The notes beneath the pieces were generated by a model that was given only the letters and a program-made list of their open reading frames with translations, did not search any database and was not told the origin of the DNA. A DNA stretch of 54,896 bases from an uncultured Azospirillaceae bacterium (lineage in GTDB: Bacteria > Pseudomonadota > Alphaproteobacteria > Rickettsiales > UBA3002), in the NCBI GenBank assembly GCA_964342335.1, contig CAYFFN010000001.1, positions 1 to 54,896 of the forward strand. Reading direction: 5' to 3'. Position numbers and translations under genes: made by a program. Position 1 is the first letter of the stretch. Each line of letters opens with the position of its first letter. Shown piece after piece: positions 19,356 to 29,046 of the stretch.

Positions 19356-20876
19356 ATGTCCCTGGTAAAATCCACCGTTGTCATTGGCTCTTGCACATTC
19401 TTATCGCGCATCTTCGGATTCCTGCGCGATATGCTCATTGCGAATGTGATTGGCGCGAGCTGGCTTTCCGATGCATTCTTTCTGGCGTTCAAACTGCCCA
19501 ACTTCTTCCGCCGCCTCTTTGCTGAAGGCGCGTTTAACGTCGCGTTCGTGCCCCTCTTTGCAGGTAAATTAGAGGAGAGCGGTAAGAACGTTGCCATGCG
19601 TTTCGCCAGCGAGGCGCTCTCTGTGTTGTTAGTCGTATTGTTGATACTCAACGCTGCATTCCTCCTTTTCATGCCCGTCTTGCTGCCGCTCATCGCGCCG
19701 GGCTTCACCGATGACCCTGAGAAGTTCGACCTCACCGTCACCCTCGCGCGCATTGCCTTCCCCTATATTTTACTCATCTCGATGGTCTCGTTGCTCGGGG
19801 GCATCCTCAATAGCCTGCGCAAATTTGCTGCCGTCGCACTCACGCCTGTGCTGCTCAATATCGTCCTTATCGCGGCCTTGCTTGGCCTCAGCGATTACAC
19901 CGAAACCCCTGCCCACGCCCTCAGCTGGGGGGTGAGCATTGCGGGCTGTGTGCAATGCCTCTGGTTGATTATTGCCTGCAAGCGCGCCGATGCATTGCCG
20001 AGCCTTTTGCTCCCGCGCATCACGCCGCAAATCAAACGCCTGCTGGTGCTTATTGCTCCTGCCGCACTCGGCGCAGGCGTCGCGCAAATCAACCTACTCA
20101 TCGATGTCATCCTCGCCTCCCGCTTCGAGGATGGCGTGTCCTATCTTTATTATGCCGACCGCATCACCCAACTGCCCATCGGGGTGATTGGTGTCGCAGC
20201 CAGCACCGCTCTGCTGCCTATGCTCAGCAGCCATCTCAAAGCAAAGCGGTTAGACGAGGCGCGAAACATACTCAACCAAGCCATCTGGTTCTGCCTGCTC
20301 TTCACCCTGCCGGCGACCATGGCCATCCTCATGATTCCTGAGGCGCTCATCACCGTGGTGTTTGAGCATGGCGCGTTTGATGCAGGCGACACTGCTGAAG
20401 TGTATCCGGCGCTCATGGCTTACGCGGCCGGACTCCCCGCTTTCATCTTGGTGAAGCTCTTCGCGCCCGGTTTTTACGCCGCCGAAGACACGCGCACGCC
20501 CTTTATCATCGCAACCTTATGCGTAGGTCTCAACCTCGCGCTTAATCTCTATCTCATGCAATATTACGCGCATACCGGCCTCGCCATGGCGACCAGCATT
20601 GCCGGATGGGTAAATACCTTGTTGCTTGGGTTCTTCTTGCAGCGTCGTGGCCGCTTGGTGATTGATTCCGCGCTGATGGGCCGTTTTATCCGTATTGCAA
20701 TTGCCTGCGGCTTGCTGGCGGTCGCACTTTATTACGCGAATGAGGCGATTGCCCTGCACACGCCTTTCGGCTTGGGGCTTACCATTGCCGCCAGCCTGCT
20801 TATCTATGCGGGTGCAGCGCAAATGGTGGGAGCAGCGTCCCTGTCGGATGTAAAGAAGCTACTACGCAAGCAGTAG
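19356..20876 (+). CDS. murJ: Lipid II flippase MurJ (MviN)
   Basis: 506 aa. LSRIFGFLRDMLIA and FFRRLFAEGAFNVAFVPLF signature; about 14 TM segments. Confidence 0.9.
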   Translation: MSLVKSTVVIGSCTFLSRIFGFLRDMLIANVIGASWLSDAFFLAFKLPNFFRRLFAEGAFNVAFVPLFAGKLEESGKNVAMRFASEALSVLLVVLLILNAAFLLFMPVLLPLIAPGFTDDPEKFDLTVTLARIAFPYILLISMVSLLGGILNSLRKFAAVALTPVLLNIVLIAALLGLSDYTETPAHALSWGVSIAGCVQCLWLIIACKRADALPSLLLPRITPQIKRLLVLIAPAALGAGVAQINLLIDVILASRFEDGVSYLYYADRITQLPIGVIGVAASTALLPMLSSHLKAKRLDEARNILNQAIWFCLLFTLPATMAILMIPEALITVVFEHGAFDAGDTAEVYPALMAYAAGLPAFILVKLFAPGFYAAEDTRTPFIIATLCVGLNLALNLYLMQYYAHTGLAMATSIAGWVNTLLLGFFLQRRGRLVIDSALMGRFIRIAIACGLLAVALYYANEAIALHTPFGLGLTIAASLLIYAGAAQMVGAASLSDVKKLLRKQ

Positions 20877-21656
20877 CAAAAGCATTAGACTACCAAGCCC
20901 AATGCGGTAATAAGCGAAGGGCGCAAAACCATGGCGCTCAATAAATCGCACGACGGTACGCACGACCAAAAGCCCAGCACCAAAGGCCGCGAAGAAGCCA
21001 ATCGCAATCAACTCCCAACCCTCGCCAGAAAGGCTGTTCCAGTTTTTGTAGCTGTCATAGGTCGCCGCCCCCAGCATGGTGGGAATCGCGAGGAAGAAGG
21101 AGAACTCCGTCGCGAGCTTACGGTCCACCCCCAGCAAGAGCGCGCCCATAATCGTCGCGCCTGAGCGTGAGACACCCGGAATCATCGCAATACATTGGCA
21201 GAAACCAATCGCCACAGCTTTTCGCCACCCCATCGCCTCGACCTCATGGGTAGTAGAGGCGGGCTTGATACGTTCAATCAACAGAATGATACATCCACCG
21301 ACAATAAGGCTGACTGAAACCACTATCGGGTCAAACAGCACCTCTTTGATAAAGCCGTGTAGCAATACACCCAGCACGGCGGCGGGCAGAAAGGCCAGCA
21401 CGATATTGCGCACAAAGCGCTGCTGCACGGGGTCCATCGGGTTGCGCAACACGGCCATCAAACGTTGGAAGTAAACGAGGCACACGGCAAGGATAGCGCC
21501 AAGCTGGATGATAATCTCAAACACCTTGCCCGGTGGGCCGACAAAGCCCAGCAGGTCGATAAGTAAAATGAGATGCCCCGTAGAGGAGACCGGAATAAAC
21601 TCCGTCAGCCCTTCGACAACGCCGAGCAATAAGGCTTGCAGCAGCGTTTCATCCAT
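20862..21656 (-). CDS. uppP: Undecaprenyl-diphosphate phosphatase
   Basis: GLTEFIPVSSTGHL and PGVSRSGATI motifs of the BacA/UppP family. Confidence 0.9.
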   Translation of the reverse strand: MDETLLQALLLGVVEGLTEFIPVSSTGHLILLIDLLGFVGPPGKVFEIIIQLGAILAVCLVYFQRLMAVLRNPMDPVQQRFVRNIVLAFLPAAVLGVLLHGFIKEVLFDPIVVSVSLIVGGCIILLIERIKPASTTHEVEAMGWRKAVAIGFCQCIAMIPGVSRSGATIMGALLLGVDRKLATEFSFFLAIPTMLGAATYDSYKNWNSLSGEGWELIAIGFFAAFGAGLLVVRTVVRFIERHGFAPFAYYRIGLGSLMLLLLLA

Positions 21657-21660
21657 CGGC

Positions 21661-22422
21661 TTAGTGGTCTTCTAGGCGTGCCCAGATGCGTTTCTTCGCG
21701 AGGTAGAACAGCACCGTCATAACAGTGAGGAAGAAGAACACACGCACACCCATGCGCTTGCGGTCTTCCATCTCTGGCTCCGCCGCCCATTGCAGGAAGT
21801 TCACCACATCCGTAGACATTTGCTCCACACTTGCAGCCGTACCGTCTTGGTACTCTACTTGCTCTGACATAAGTGGAGGTGACATACCAATGCCACCGCC
21901 TGGGAAATACGGGTTGTAATATTGGCCTTCAGCAATATGTGCATCTGCTGGGGCATCTTTATAGCCTGTCAGCAACGAATAAACATAATTCGCACCGTCT
22001 GGACGTGCCTTGATAATCAGGCTCAAATCAGGTGGGTATGCACCGTTTTGCATTGCACGTGCTTGCTTTTCATTCGCATAAGGCGAAGGGAACTTGTCAG
22101 ATGCAGCACCCGGGCGGTCAAACATATCGCCATCGTCATTCGGCCCATCTTCATAGGTATATTCAGATGCCAGTGACGCCACTTCTGCTTCTGAGAAGCC
22201 CACATCGGTCAGCGTACGAAACGCTACGCGCTCTAGGCCATGACATGCAGCACATACTTCGCGGTATACCTGCAGGCCACGCTGCACTGAGTTGCGGTCA
22301 AAAGAGCCAAACACCCCATCGAAATGCCAATTCATTTGCTTTGGGTGCTCTGCCTCGCTCGCAGCCATCGCAGTGGAGGCCAGAGTTACGCTTGCAACGA
22401 GTCCAATCAGTAATGCACGCAT
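21661..22422 (-). CDS. petC: Cytochrome c1 of the bc1 complex
   Basis: Signal peptide, heme motif CAACHG, PPDLSLI and a C-terminal TM anchor. Last gene of the petABC cluster. Confidence 0.9.
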   Translation of the reverse strand: MRALLIGLVASVTLASTAMAASEAEHPKQMNWHFDGVFGSFDRNSVQRGLQVYREVCAACHGLERVAFRTLTDVGFSEAEVASLASEYTYEDGPNDDGDMFDRPGAASDKFPSPYANEKQARAMQNGAYPPDLSLIIKARPDGANYVYSLLTGYKDAPADAHIAEGQYYNPYFPGGGIGMSPPLMSEQVEYQDGTAASVEQMSTDVVNFLQWAAEPEMEDRKRMGVRVFFFLTVMTVLFYLAKKRIWARLEDH

Positions 22423-22432
22423 AATCGGTTCC

Positions 22433-23662
22433 TTAATGTTTCTTGTTCAACACCGACGCGCTGATCGATTCAGGCAACGGCAATGGTTTTTCGTATTTCG
22501 CTACCAGCGGCATAATCACCAGGAAGTATGCGAAGTAATAAGCAGTACAGATGCGTGAGAGAATCACGTAGATACCTTCTGCTGGCATCGCACCGAGGTA
22601 ACCAAGCGCCACCGCATTCACCGCGAAGATCCAGAAGAAAGGCTTCATCAATGGGCGGAAGCTGATAGAGCGCACTTTCGAGCTATCGAGCCACGGAATC
22701 ACGAACAGCACCAGAATCGCTGCGAACATCGCGAGTACGCCGCCGAGCTTGTCTGGAATTGCACGCAGAATCGCATAGAATGGCAGGAAGTACCATTCAG
22801 GCACAATATGCGCAGGGGTTACTAGCGGATTCGCAGGAATATAGTTGTCCGCGTGGCCAAGATAGTTTGGCGCAAAGAACAGGAAGCCTGCAAATAACAG
22901 CAAGAAGATACCAAAGCCGAAGAAATCCTTCACCGTATAGTATGGGTGGAACGGAATCATATCTTGCGGCGTTTTCGCATCAATACCCGCTGGGTTGTTC
23001 GAACCAAAGGCATTCAGCGCAACAATGTGCAGCACCACCACACCTACAATCACGAAGGGCAGCAGGAAGTGCAGCGCAAAGAAGCGGCTCAGCGTTGGGT
23101 TATCTACCGAGAAACCACCCCACAGCCATATTACGATATGCTCACCCACAATCGGGAAGGCCGAGAACAGGTTGGTAATCACCGTCGCACCCCAGAAGCT
23201 CATCTGGCCCCAAGGCAATACGTAGCCCATGAAGGCAGTCGCCATCATCAGCAGCAGAATAATCACGCCCAGCCACCACAAGACTTCGCGCGGGGCTTTA
23301 TAGGAGCCATAATAGAGGCCGCGGAAAATATGGATAAATACGGCGATGAAGAACATCGACGCGCCCACCGCATGCATGTAGCGAATCAGCCAGCCAAAGT
23401 TCACATCACGCATGATATGCTCAACCGAGTCAAAGGCGTGCATGGTGCTAGAGTTGTAATGCATCGCGAGGAACAGACCCGTCAGGATTTGCACCACAAG
23501 GCACAGGCCCGCGATAGAACCGAAGTTCCAGAAATAGTTCAGGTTACGTGGCGTTGGGTGCTTAGAGCCCACCACATGATCCACCACAGTGAAAATCGGC
23601 AAACGGTGGTCAATCCAACCAATGATGCCCGGTTTTGGTTCTTTACCTGCTGAAAAAGCCAT
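22433..23662 (-). CDS. petB: Cytochrome b
   Basis: 409 aa. [33 protein letters not shown]. Confidence 0.95.
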   Translation of the reverse strand: MAFSAGKEPKPGIIGWIDHRLPIFTVVDHVVGSKHPTPRNLNYFWNFGSIAGLCLVVQILTGLFLAMHYNSSTMHAFDSVEHIMRDVNFGWLIRYMHAVGASMFFIAVFIHIFRGLYYGSYKAPREVLWWLGVIILLLMMATAFMGYVLPWGQMSFWGATVITNLFSAFPIVGEHIVIWLWGGFSVDNPTLSRFFALHFLLPFVIVGVVVLHIVALNAFGSNNPAGIDAKTPQDMIPFHPYYTVKDFFGFGIFLLLFAGFLFFAPNYLGHADNYIPANPLVTPAHIVPEWYFLPFYAILRAIPDKLGGVLAMFAAILVLFVIPWLDSSKVRSISFRPLMKPFFWIFAVNAVALGYLGAMPAEGIYVILSRICTAYYFAYFLVIMPLVAKYEKPLPLPESISASVLNKKH

Positions 23663-23675
23663 AAAACTGCCTCAA

Positions 23676-24218
23676 TTATCCGATTTTAATGCGTGAATCG
23701 CTGATGAATTCGTATGGCGGAATCGCCAAGTTCAATGGAGCTGGACCCTTACGGATACGGCCTGATTTATCGTAGTGTGAGCCGTGACAAGGGCAGAACC
23801 AGCCGCCAAACTCACCTGCTCCTTTACCCAAAGGTACGCAGCCAAGGTGTGTGCATACACCAATCATCACCAGCCATTCCGGCTTACCTTCCTTCACGCG
23901 CTCCGCATCGGCTTGCGGGTCGATGAGGTCAGCCAAGTCATCTTCTTTTGCTTTCTCAATGTCAGCGGCGCTACGATGACGGATAAACACCGGCTTACCA
24001 CGCCACATTACTTTAATCTCTTGGCCTTCAGCCACTGGCTCGAGGTTCACTTCAGTCGAAGCGAGTGCCAATACATCTGCGGAAGGGTTCATACTATCGA
24101 CAAAAGGCCAGATCACGCCCGCCGTGCCCACTGCAGCCATACCGGCTGAGCTCAACACGATAAAATCGCGGCGCGTTGCGTTTTCTGGCTTATCGGTTTG
24201 ATTCGTTTCTGTGCTCAT
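23676..24218 (-). CDS. petA: Ubiquinol-cytochrome c reductase Rieske iron-sulfur subunit
   Basis: TAT-like TRRDF and the Rieske boxes CTHLGC and CPCHGS. ATG at 24218, preceded by gagagcagg, is preferred over the TTG at 24242. Confidence 0.9.
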   Translation of the reverse strand: MSTETNQTDKPENATRRDFIVLSSAGMAAVGTAGVIWPFVDSMNPSADVLALASTEVNLEPVAEGQEIKVMWRGKPVFIRHRSAADIEKAKEDDLADLIDPQADAERVKEGKPEWLVMIGVCTHLGCVPLGKGAGEFGGWFCPCHGSHYDKSGRIRKGPAPLNLAIPPYEFISDSRIKIG

Positions 24219-24366
24219 CCTGCTCTCATATCTCTTTTGCAACGGAAGACCGTTGGAGTATCACAGCCCTGTAATAAGCGATTACTATCCTGCTTGTGAA
24301 GTAAAAAATGCGCCTCTTCCCGAAAGGGGCTGGATATTGTGTCCCTGTTTCCTGTATGACACATCC

Positions 24367-24819
24367 ATGCGCCTTGTGATGTACCAACCCGATATTGCCC
24401 AGAACCTCGGAGCCTGCCTGCGTTTAGCAGCCTGTTTCGGGCTGGAAATGCATGTGGTGGAGCCGTGCGGCTTCCCTCTGGATGATAAACGCCTTCGCCG
24501 CTCGGGCATGGATTATATCGACCAAGTCACTTTGATACGCCACAGCTCATGGGAGACGTTTTGTACATATCGTAGTGAGCATGCGGGCCGATTGCTGGCA
24601 CTCACGACCAAAGCCTCCGCGCCGCATCACCAGATGACATATGTCAAAGACGATTATCTCTTAGTGGGACAAGAGAGTGCTGGGCTGCCCGAGCATGTTC
24701 ATGCCATGGTCGATAATCGGCTGATTATCCCAATGCGCGAGGGCATGCGATCCTTTAATGTGGCGATGAGCGCAGCCATTGTCGCCGCCGAAGCTATGAG
24801 GCAATTAGAATGGAATTAG
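24367..24819 (+). CDS. trmL: tRNA (cytidine/uridine-2'-O)-methyltransferase, SpoU/TrmL type
   Basis: About 150-aa SPOUT core (MRLVMYQPDIAQNLGACLR..., LVGQESAGLP, SFNVAMSAAIV). The internal ATG at 24367 fits TrmL length; the upstream part of the ORF is non-homologous. Confidence 0.8.
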   Translation: MRLVMYQPDIAQNLGACLRLAACFGLEMHVVEPCGFPLDDKRLRRSGMDYIDQVTLIRHSSWETFCTYRSEHAGRLLALTTKASAPHHQMTYVKDDYLLVGQESAGLPEHVHAMVDNRLIIPMREGMRSFNVAMSAAIVAAEAMRQLEWN

Positions 24820-25784
24820 ACACAAAAAAGAATCTGGCCAGCGATTGGTTCCGCGAATTACGCAACGATATTTGTCGCCGCTTTGAAGCGTGCGAGGATG
24901 CACTTACCGGTACGTATAATGACCGTAAAGCAGGGCGTTTCGAGATAAAGCCATGGGAAAAGTCGCCCGAAGATATGCTGCAAGGCTCCGGCGAAGTCTC
25001 TATCATGAAAGGCCGCGTGTTCGAGAAAGTTGGCGTGAATATCTCGACTGTGCATGGTGAATTCTCTGAAGCCTTCCGCAAAGAAATCCCTGGTGCTGAC
25101 AAAAACCCCAATTTCTGGGCGAGCGGCATCTCGCTCGTCGCGCATATGCAATCCCCTCTCGTGCCTGCGGCGCATTTCAACACCCGCATGATTACCGTGG
25201 GAGACGGCACCCGCCTGTGGTTTGGCGGCGGCGGTGACTTGAACCCGATGTATGCCATCCCCGAGGACACGGCCGATTTCCATAATGCCTTCAAACCCGC
25301 CTGCGATCGCATCTCAAAAGAGGCATTTTCCGCTTTTGAGAAATGGTGTGACGAGTATTTCTTCATCCCCCACCGTGGCGCGGCGCGTGGCGAAGGCGGC
25401 ATTTTCTATGACTATCTTGGCCTGCACTCCCTAGGCTCCGATACTAGCCCTGTGCAGAACGGTAAATTCGGTAAGGGCGGCGTAACCAAAGAGCATACCC
25501 GTGCAGGCATGGAGCTTGCCGCCAATGCGCAGGTTAATTGGCAGCATGCATTCGACTTCACACAACAAGTCGGCAAGGCCTTTGCGGAAGTCTACCCCAC
25601 CATCATCCGCCGTCATATGGATGAAAGCTGGAGCCAAGAACAGCGCGAGCATCAACTACGCAAACGCGGACAATATGCCGAGTATAACCTGCTCTATGAC
25701 CGTGGCACGCGCTTCGGCCTGATGACAGGTGGTAATGCTGATGCGATTTTGATGAGTTTGCCGCCTGAAGCGAAGTGGGATTAG
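24810..25784 (+). CDS. hemF: Oxygen-dependent coproporphyrinogen III oxidase
   Basis: 324 aa. GGGGDLNP, FFIPHRGAARGEGGIFYD, YNLLYDRGTRFGL. Confidence 0.9.
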   Translation: MELDTKKNLASDWFRELRNDICRRFEACEDALTGTYNDRKAGRFEIKPWEKSPEDMLQGSGEVSIMKGRVFEKVGVNISTVHGEFSEAFRKEIPGADKNPNFWASGISLVAHMQSPLVPAAHFNTRMITVGDGTRLWFGGGGDLNPMYAIPEDTADFHNAFKPACDRISKEAFSAFEKWCDEYFFIPHRGAARGEGGIFYDYLGLHSLGSDTSPVQNGKFGKGGVTKEHTRAGMELAANAQVNWQHAFDFTQQVGKAFAEVYPTIIRRHMDESWSQEQREHQLRKRGQYAEYNLLYDRGTRFGLMTGGNADAILMSLPPEAKWD

Positions 25785-25786
25785 GA

Positions 25787-25815
25787 GCGCAAATCGCTTG
25801 AGAAGCGATTTCGCG
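25787..25815 (+). terminator. Stem-loop 3 nt after the hemF stop (9-bp perfect stem AAATCGCTT/AAGCGATTT, loop GAG), with no U-tract
   Basis: Read directly: aaatcgctt(25791-25799) gag aagcgattt(25803-25811), extendable by GC pairs. Without a T run it is not a canonical intrinsic terminator. Confidence 0.3.
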
Positions 25816-25897
25816 AACTAATCATGGGAGTCTTAACACAAATGAGCTGAGTGTATCGAAGCGATGTTTGTGTTTTAGACGGACATGCCTGTTTTTA

Positions 25898-25994
25898 TAA
25901 TTGCTCCTGCTCCGGCCTACTGGCCTACGCAATGAGCCTAACGCGCATTCGCGCGACTAAAGGCGCGGTCTCCTGACCGCGGTTCTTGTCCTTG
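25898..25994 (+). repeat. Structured intergenic element, copy A (candidate sRNA or regulatory RNA; second copy at 52578-52675)
   Basis: The 41-nt block 25903-25943 is identical to 52585-52625. Hairpins CGCGC-attc-GCGCG (25942-25955) and CGCGGTC-tcct-GACCGCG (25964-25981) are followed by the T-rich gttcttgtccttgtttattttt. TATAAT at 25896-25901. Confidence 0.6.
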
Positions 25995-25995
25995 T

Positions 25996-27243
25996 TTATT
26001 TTTGTGAGGTACGCAGGGACAAATAATATAACAACCCAAGTGCTGGGACACCCATCAACCCGCTAAGCCCAAACATAGCAGGCCAACCGTATTTCTCTGC
26101 GACGAAGCCTGCGCCGCCTGCAATGGTTTTGCTAGCAAAGGAAGCCAGTGAGCTTAGCAATGCATATTGGGTAGCGGTGAAGGCAGGGTTGCAGAGACTC
26201 ATCATATACGCAATCGCCGCCGCCGTGACCATACCACCGGAGGCGTTATCCATCGCGATGGCGAGCATGAGCAGCTTCATATCCGTACCGCTATAGGCGA
26301 GCATAATATAGGTGATATTGGTGAGGATTTGCAGCACCCCAAACACCGCCAAACAGCGCAGGATAGGCCAGCGGCCGATCAGCACACCGCCGACAAACAT
26401 CCCCACCAGCGTCGCGCCAAAGCCGTATGCCTTGGCGATGGTGGCGATGGTCGTCTTCTCAAATCCGATATCGAGCAGAAAGGGGGTAATCATAAAACCG
26501 ATAAACCCATCCGAGAACCGGTAGCAGAAAATGAACGCCAGAATGAACAGCCAATAAGGATGGCTTTGCATGAAATCTTTAAACGGCGCTATCACGCAGC
26601 GCGAGAAGAACGGCTCTTCGCTTATCGCCTTGGGTGGCGCATCCGGCTCGGGTGCGAGCAATGTCGCGAGCATGCCCACCAGCATCGCCCCACTCATGCA
26701 AAGATACACCAACTGCCAATCAATATGGTCCGCGAGCGCCAACGCCCCCGCACCCGTGACCAGCATCCCCACACGGTAACCAAAGACCGCACTCGCCGCC
26801 CCTGCGCCATATTGGCTATCCGCCAGCACATCGGCGCGGTAGGCATCAATCACCACATCCTGACTGGCCGATAAGAATGCCATCACCAGCGCAATCAGCG
26901 CGACAATACCCGCCTGCTCGCTGGGGTCATGCATGGCTTGCAGCGCAATTGCTCCGGCCAATAAGAGCTGAATGAAAAGAAGCCAACCACGACGACGGCC
27001 AAACCGTTTGGTGAAAAAGGGCAGCTTGAGCTGGTCAATGAACGGCGCCCATAGAAAGTTAAAGCTATAAGGAATCGCCACCAGCGCGAAGAGCCCGATG
27101 GTACTTTTATCAATGCCCGATTCGGTAAGCCACGCTGCAAGCGTGCCGCCAATCAACAGCAGCGGAACCCCACTGGAAAAGCCCATCACCCCGATGAGCA
27201 GGATCTTCTTATCTAAATAAGGGCGTAACCAGTTAAGCAGCAC
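25996..27243 (-). CDS. ampG: AmpG-family muropeptide MFS permease
   Basis: 415 aa, about 12 TM segments. N-terminal GFSSGVPLLLIGGTLAAWLTESGIDKSTIGLF pattern typical of AmpG. Confidence 0.8.
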   Translation of the reverse strand: MLLNWLRPYLDKKILLIGVMGFSSGVPLLLIGGTLAAWLTESGIDKSTIGLFALVAIPYSFNFLWAPFIDQLKLPFFTKRFGRRRGWLLFIQLLLAGAIALQAMHDPSEQAGIVALIALVMAFLSASQDVVIDAYRADVLADSQYGAGAASAVFGYRVGMLVTGAGALALADHIDWQLVYLCMSGAMLVGMLATLLAPEPDAPPKAISEEPFFSRCVIAPFKDFMQSHPYWLFILAFIFCYRFSDGFIGFMITPFLLDIGFEKTTIATIAKAYGFGATLVGMFVGGVLIGRWPILRCLAVFGVLQILTNITYIMLAYSGTDMKLLMLAIAMDNASGGMVTAAAIAYMMSLCNPAFTATQYALLSSLASFASKTIAGGAGFVAEKYGWPAMFGLSGLMGVPALGLLYYLSLRTSQK

Positions 27244-28231
27244 TTTGCAGGTCTTTCAGACCATGGCGCGAGCGGGCACCCACTTGCTGAATAATATGCG
27301 CTGCACAGGCAGAGCCAAGTGCACCGCATTCCGCAAGCGGCTTCCCATCGCATAATGCATGCAGGAATCCTGCGGCATAGAGATCACCTGCGCCGGTTGA
27401 ATCAACCGGTTTTACGCCCTCTACTGAAGGCACTTCGATACGCTCATCCGGTGTGAGGATAATCGAACCTTGCTTGCCGCGTGTAATCACAAAAAGGTCA
27501 CACGTGCCTTGCACCTTATCCATAATCTGATCCATGCTAAGGTCTGGATAGAGCGCTTGCGCTTCTTCTTCGTTCGCGAACACGATATCGAAGGTATTGC
27601 CTTCAACCATTTTAACGAACTCTTCGCGATGCGCATTCACGCAGAACATTGCAGAGAGGGCAAACGCCACTTTCCCACCATTCTCATGGGCAAGGCGGAA
27701 GGCTTTGCTCAGCGCCTCTTTATTATTGTCCGAACTCCACTGATAACCTTCACCGTAAACAATCTTAGCATCGCTCACGAGCTTTTCATCAATATCTTCT
27801 TCGTAAATCTCGCTACCCGCACCGAGATAGGTGTTCATGGTGCGCTCGGCATCCGGCGTCACCAGAATATAGCTACAACCCGTCGGGGCACCCTCGGTCG
27901 TGGCGGCGGTATCAAACTGCACGCCCGCCGCACGCATATCGTGGCGATAAATTTTGCCCAGCGCATCCTCATGCACCTTACCGATAAAGGCGGTCTTAGA
28001 ACCCAGCTGCGCCATGCCTGCAAGCGTGTTCGCTGCCGAACCACCCGACGCCTCTACGGCTTGCCCCATCTGGTCATACAGCGCCTGCGCCTTCTCTGCA
28101 CTGATGAGCGCCATATCGCCTTTCACCATGCCGTGCTGCGCGATAAACGCATCATCGCATTCGGCGATTACATCCAAAATGGCGTTACCAATGGCAACAA
28201 CATCATACGAGTTTTTCTCTTCTAGCTTCAT
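27233..28231 (-). CDS. PfkB-family carbohydrate/nucleoside kinase (adenosine kinase-like)
   Basis: DVVAIGNAILDV N-terminal motif and VDSTGAGDLYAAGFL C-terminal PfkB signature. The ATG at 28231 forms an ATGA overlap with the kdsB stop. Confidence 0.8.
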   Translation of the reverse strand: MKLEEKNSYDVVAIGNAILDVIAECDDAFIAQHGMVKGDMALISAEKAQALYDQMGQAVEASGGSAANTLAGMAQLGSKTAFIGKVHEDALGKIYRHDMRAAGVQFDTAATTEGAPTGCSYILVTPDAERTMNTYLGAGSEIYEEDIDEKLVSDAKIVYGEGYQWSSDNNKEALSKAFRLAHENGGKVAFALSAMFCVNAHREEFVKMVEGNTFDIVFANEEEAQALYPDLSMDQIMDKVQGTCDLFVITRGKQGSIILTPDERIEVPSVEGVKPVDSTGAGDLYAAGFLHALCDGKPLAECGALGSACAAHIIQQVGARSRHGLKDLQSAA

Positions 28232-28953
28232 GCGAAATGGCTCCTTGCTTTCTCTAAATCGTTCGGCGTATCCACGCCCAACGGCACGGTGTCGACAATG
28301 CATACCTCAATATGCATCCCATTTTCAAGTGCGCGAAGCTGCTCAAGCTTTTCGCGCTTCTCCAGTGGACTTGGCTCCATGCCCACAAACGCCTCCAATA
28401 CATTGCGACGATACGCATACACACCGATATGATGGTAAAGCGCGCCCTCGCCATGCGGCGCAGTGGCGCGGGTGAAGTACAATGCGCGGCCTTGCGAGGT
28501 CGTATCAAACGCAATCACCGGCTTGACCACCGATGGGTTGCTGCGCTCTTCTTCATCCCGAATCTCCGCGGCAAGCGTGACAATATCCACCTCCTCATTT
28601 TCGAAAGGAGGGATCAAACGTTGCAGCAAATCCGGATTCAAGGTCGGCAAATCGCCCTGCAGGTTAATAATGACATCATATTGCTCTTCGGGGTCATATT
28701 CTTGCAGCGCTTCCCATATTCTGTCCGACCCGCTGGGCAAATCGGGGTCAGTCAGCACTGCTTTTCCACCGATTTTCTCAATTTCCCATGCAATGGCGGG
28801 GTCATCACACGCGACCACCACTTCGCCCAATTTCGACTCTTTTGCGCGGCGATAAACCTGCGCAATCATTGGTTCACCCGCGATTTCCGCCAAAGGCTTT
28901 CCGGGCAGGCGGGTTGATGCCATTCGGGCAGGGATTATAATAATCGGCTTCAT
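28228..28953 (-). CDS. kdsB: 3-deoxy-manno-octulosonate cytidylyltransferase (CMP-KDO synthetase)
   Basis: IIIPARMASTRLPGKPL, VNLQGDLP, EKLEQLRALENG. The ATG at 28953 has a GAGGA SD 4 nt upstream. Confidence 0.9.
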   Translation of the reverse strand: MKPIIIIPARMASTRLPGKPLAEIAGEPMIAQVYRRAKESKLGEVVVACDDPAIAWEIEKIGGKAVLTDPDLPSGSDRIWEALQEYDPEEQYDVIINLQGDLPTLNPDLLQRLIPPFENEEVDIVTLAAEIRDEEERSNPSVVKPVIAFDTTSQGRALYFTRATAPHGEGALYHHIGVYAYRRNVLEAFVGMEPSPLEKREKLEQLRALENGMHIEVCIVDTVPLGVDTPNDLEKARSHFA

Positions 28954-29046
28954 TTTTCCTCTATTTGGCAAAAGTCAGTTGCAGATGCAGCCTAATCTTA
29001 TTAGATTCCGACGCAACAAGGTTTCTATTATGAGGGAGTTACTCAC

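Noticed and set aside
19064-19753. A 229-aa ORF spanning the antiporter/murJ divergent region.
   Set aside because: It is antisense to the 5' part of murJ and to the 5' end of the antiporter gene. The sequence is basic and low-complexity with no motifs, and it would erase the only plausible promoter region.
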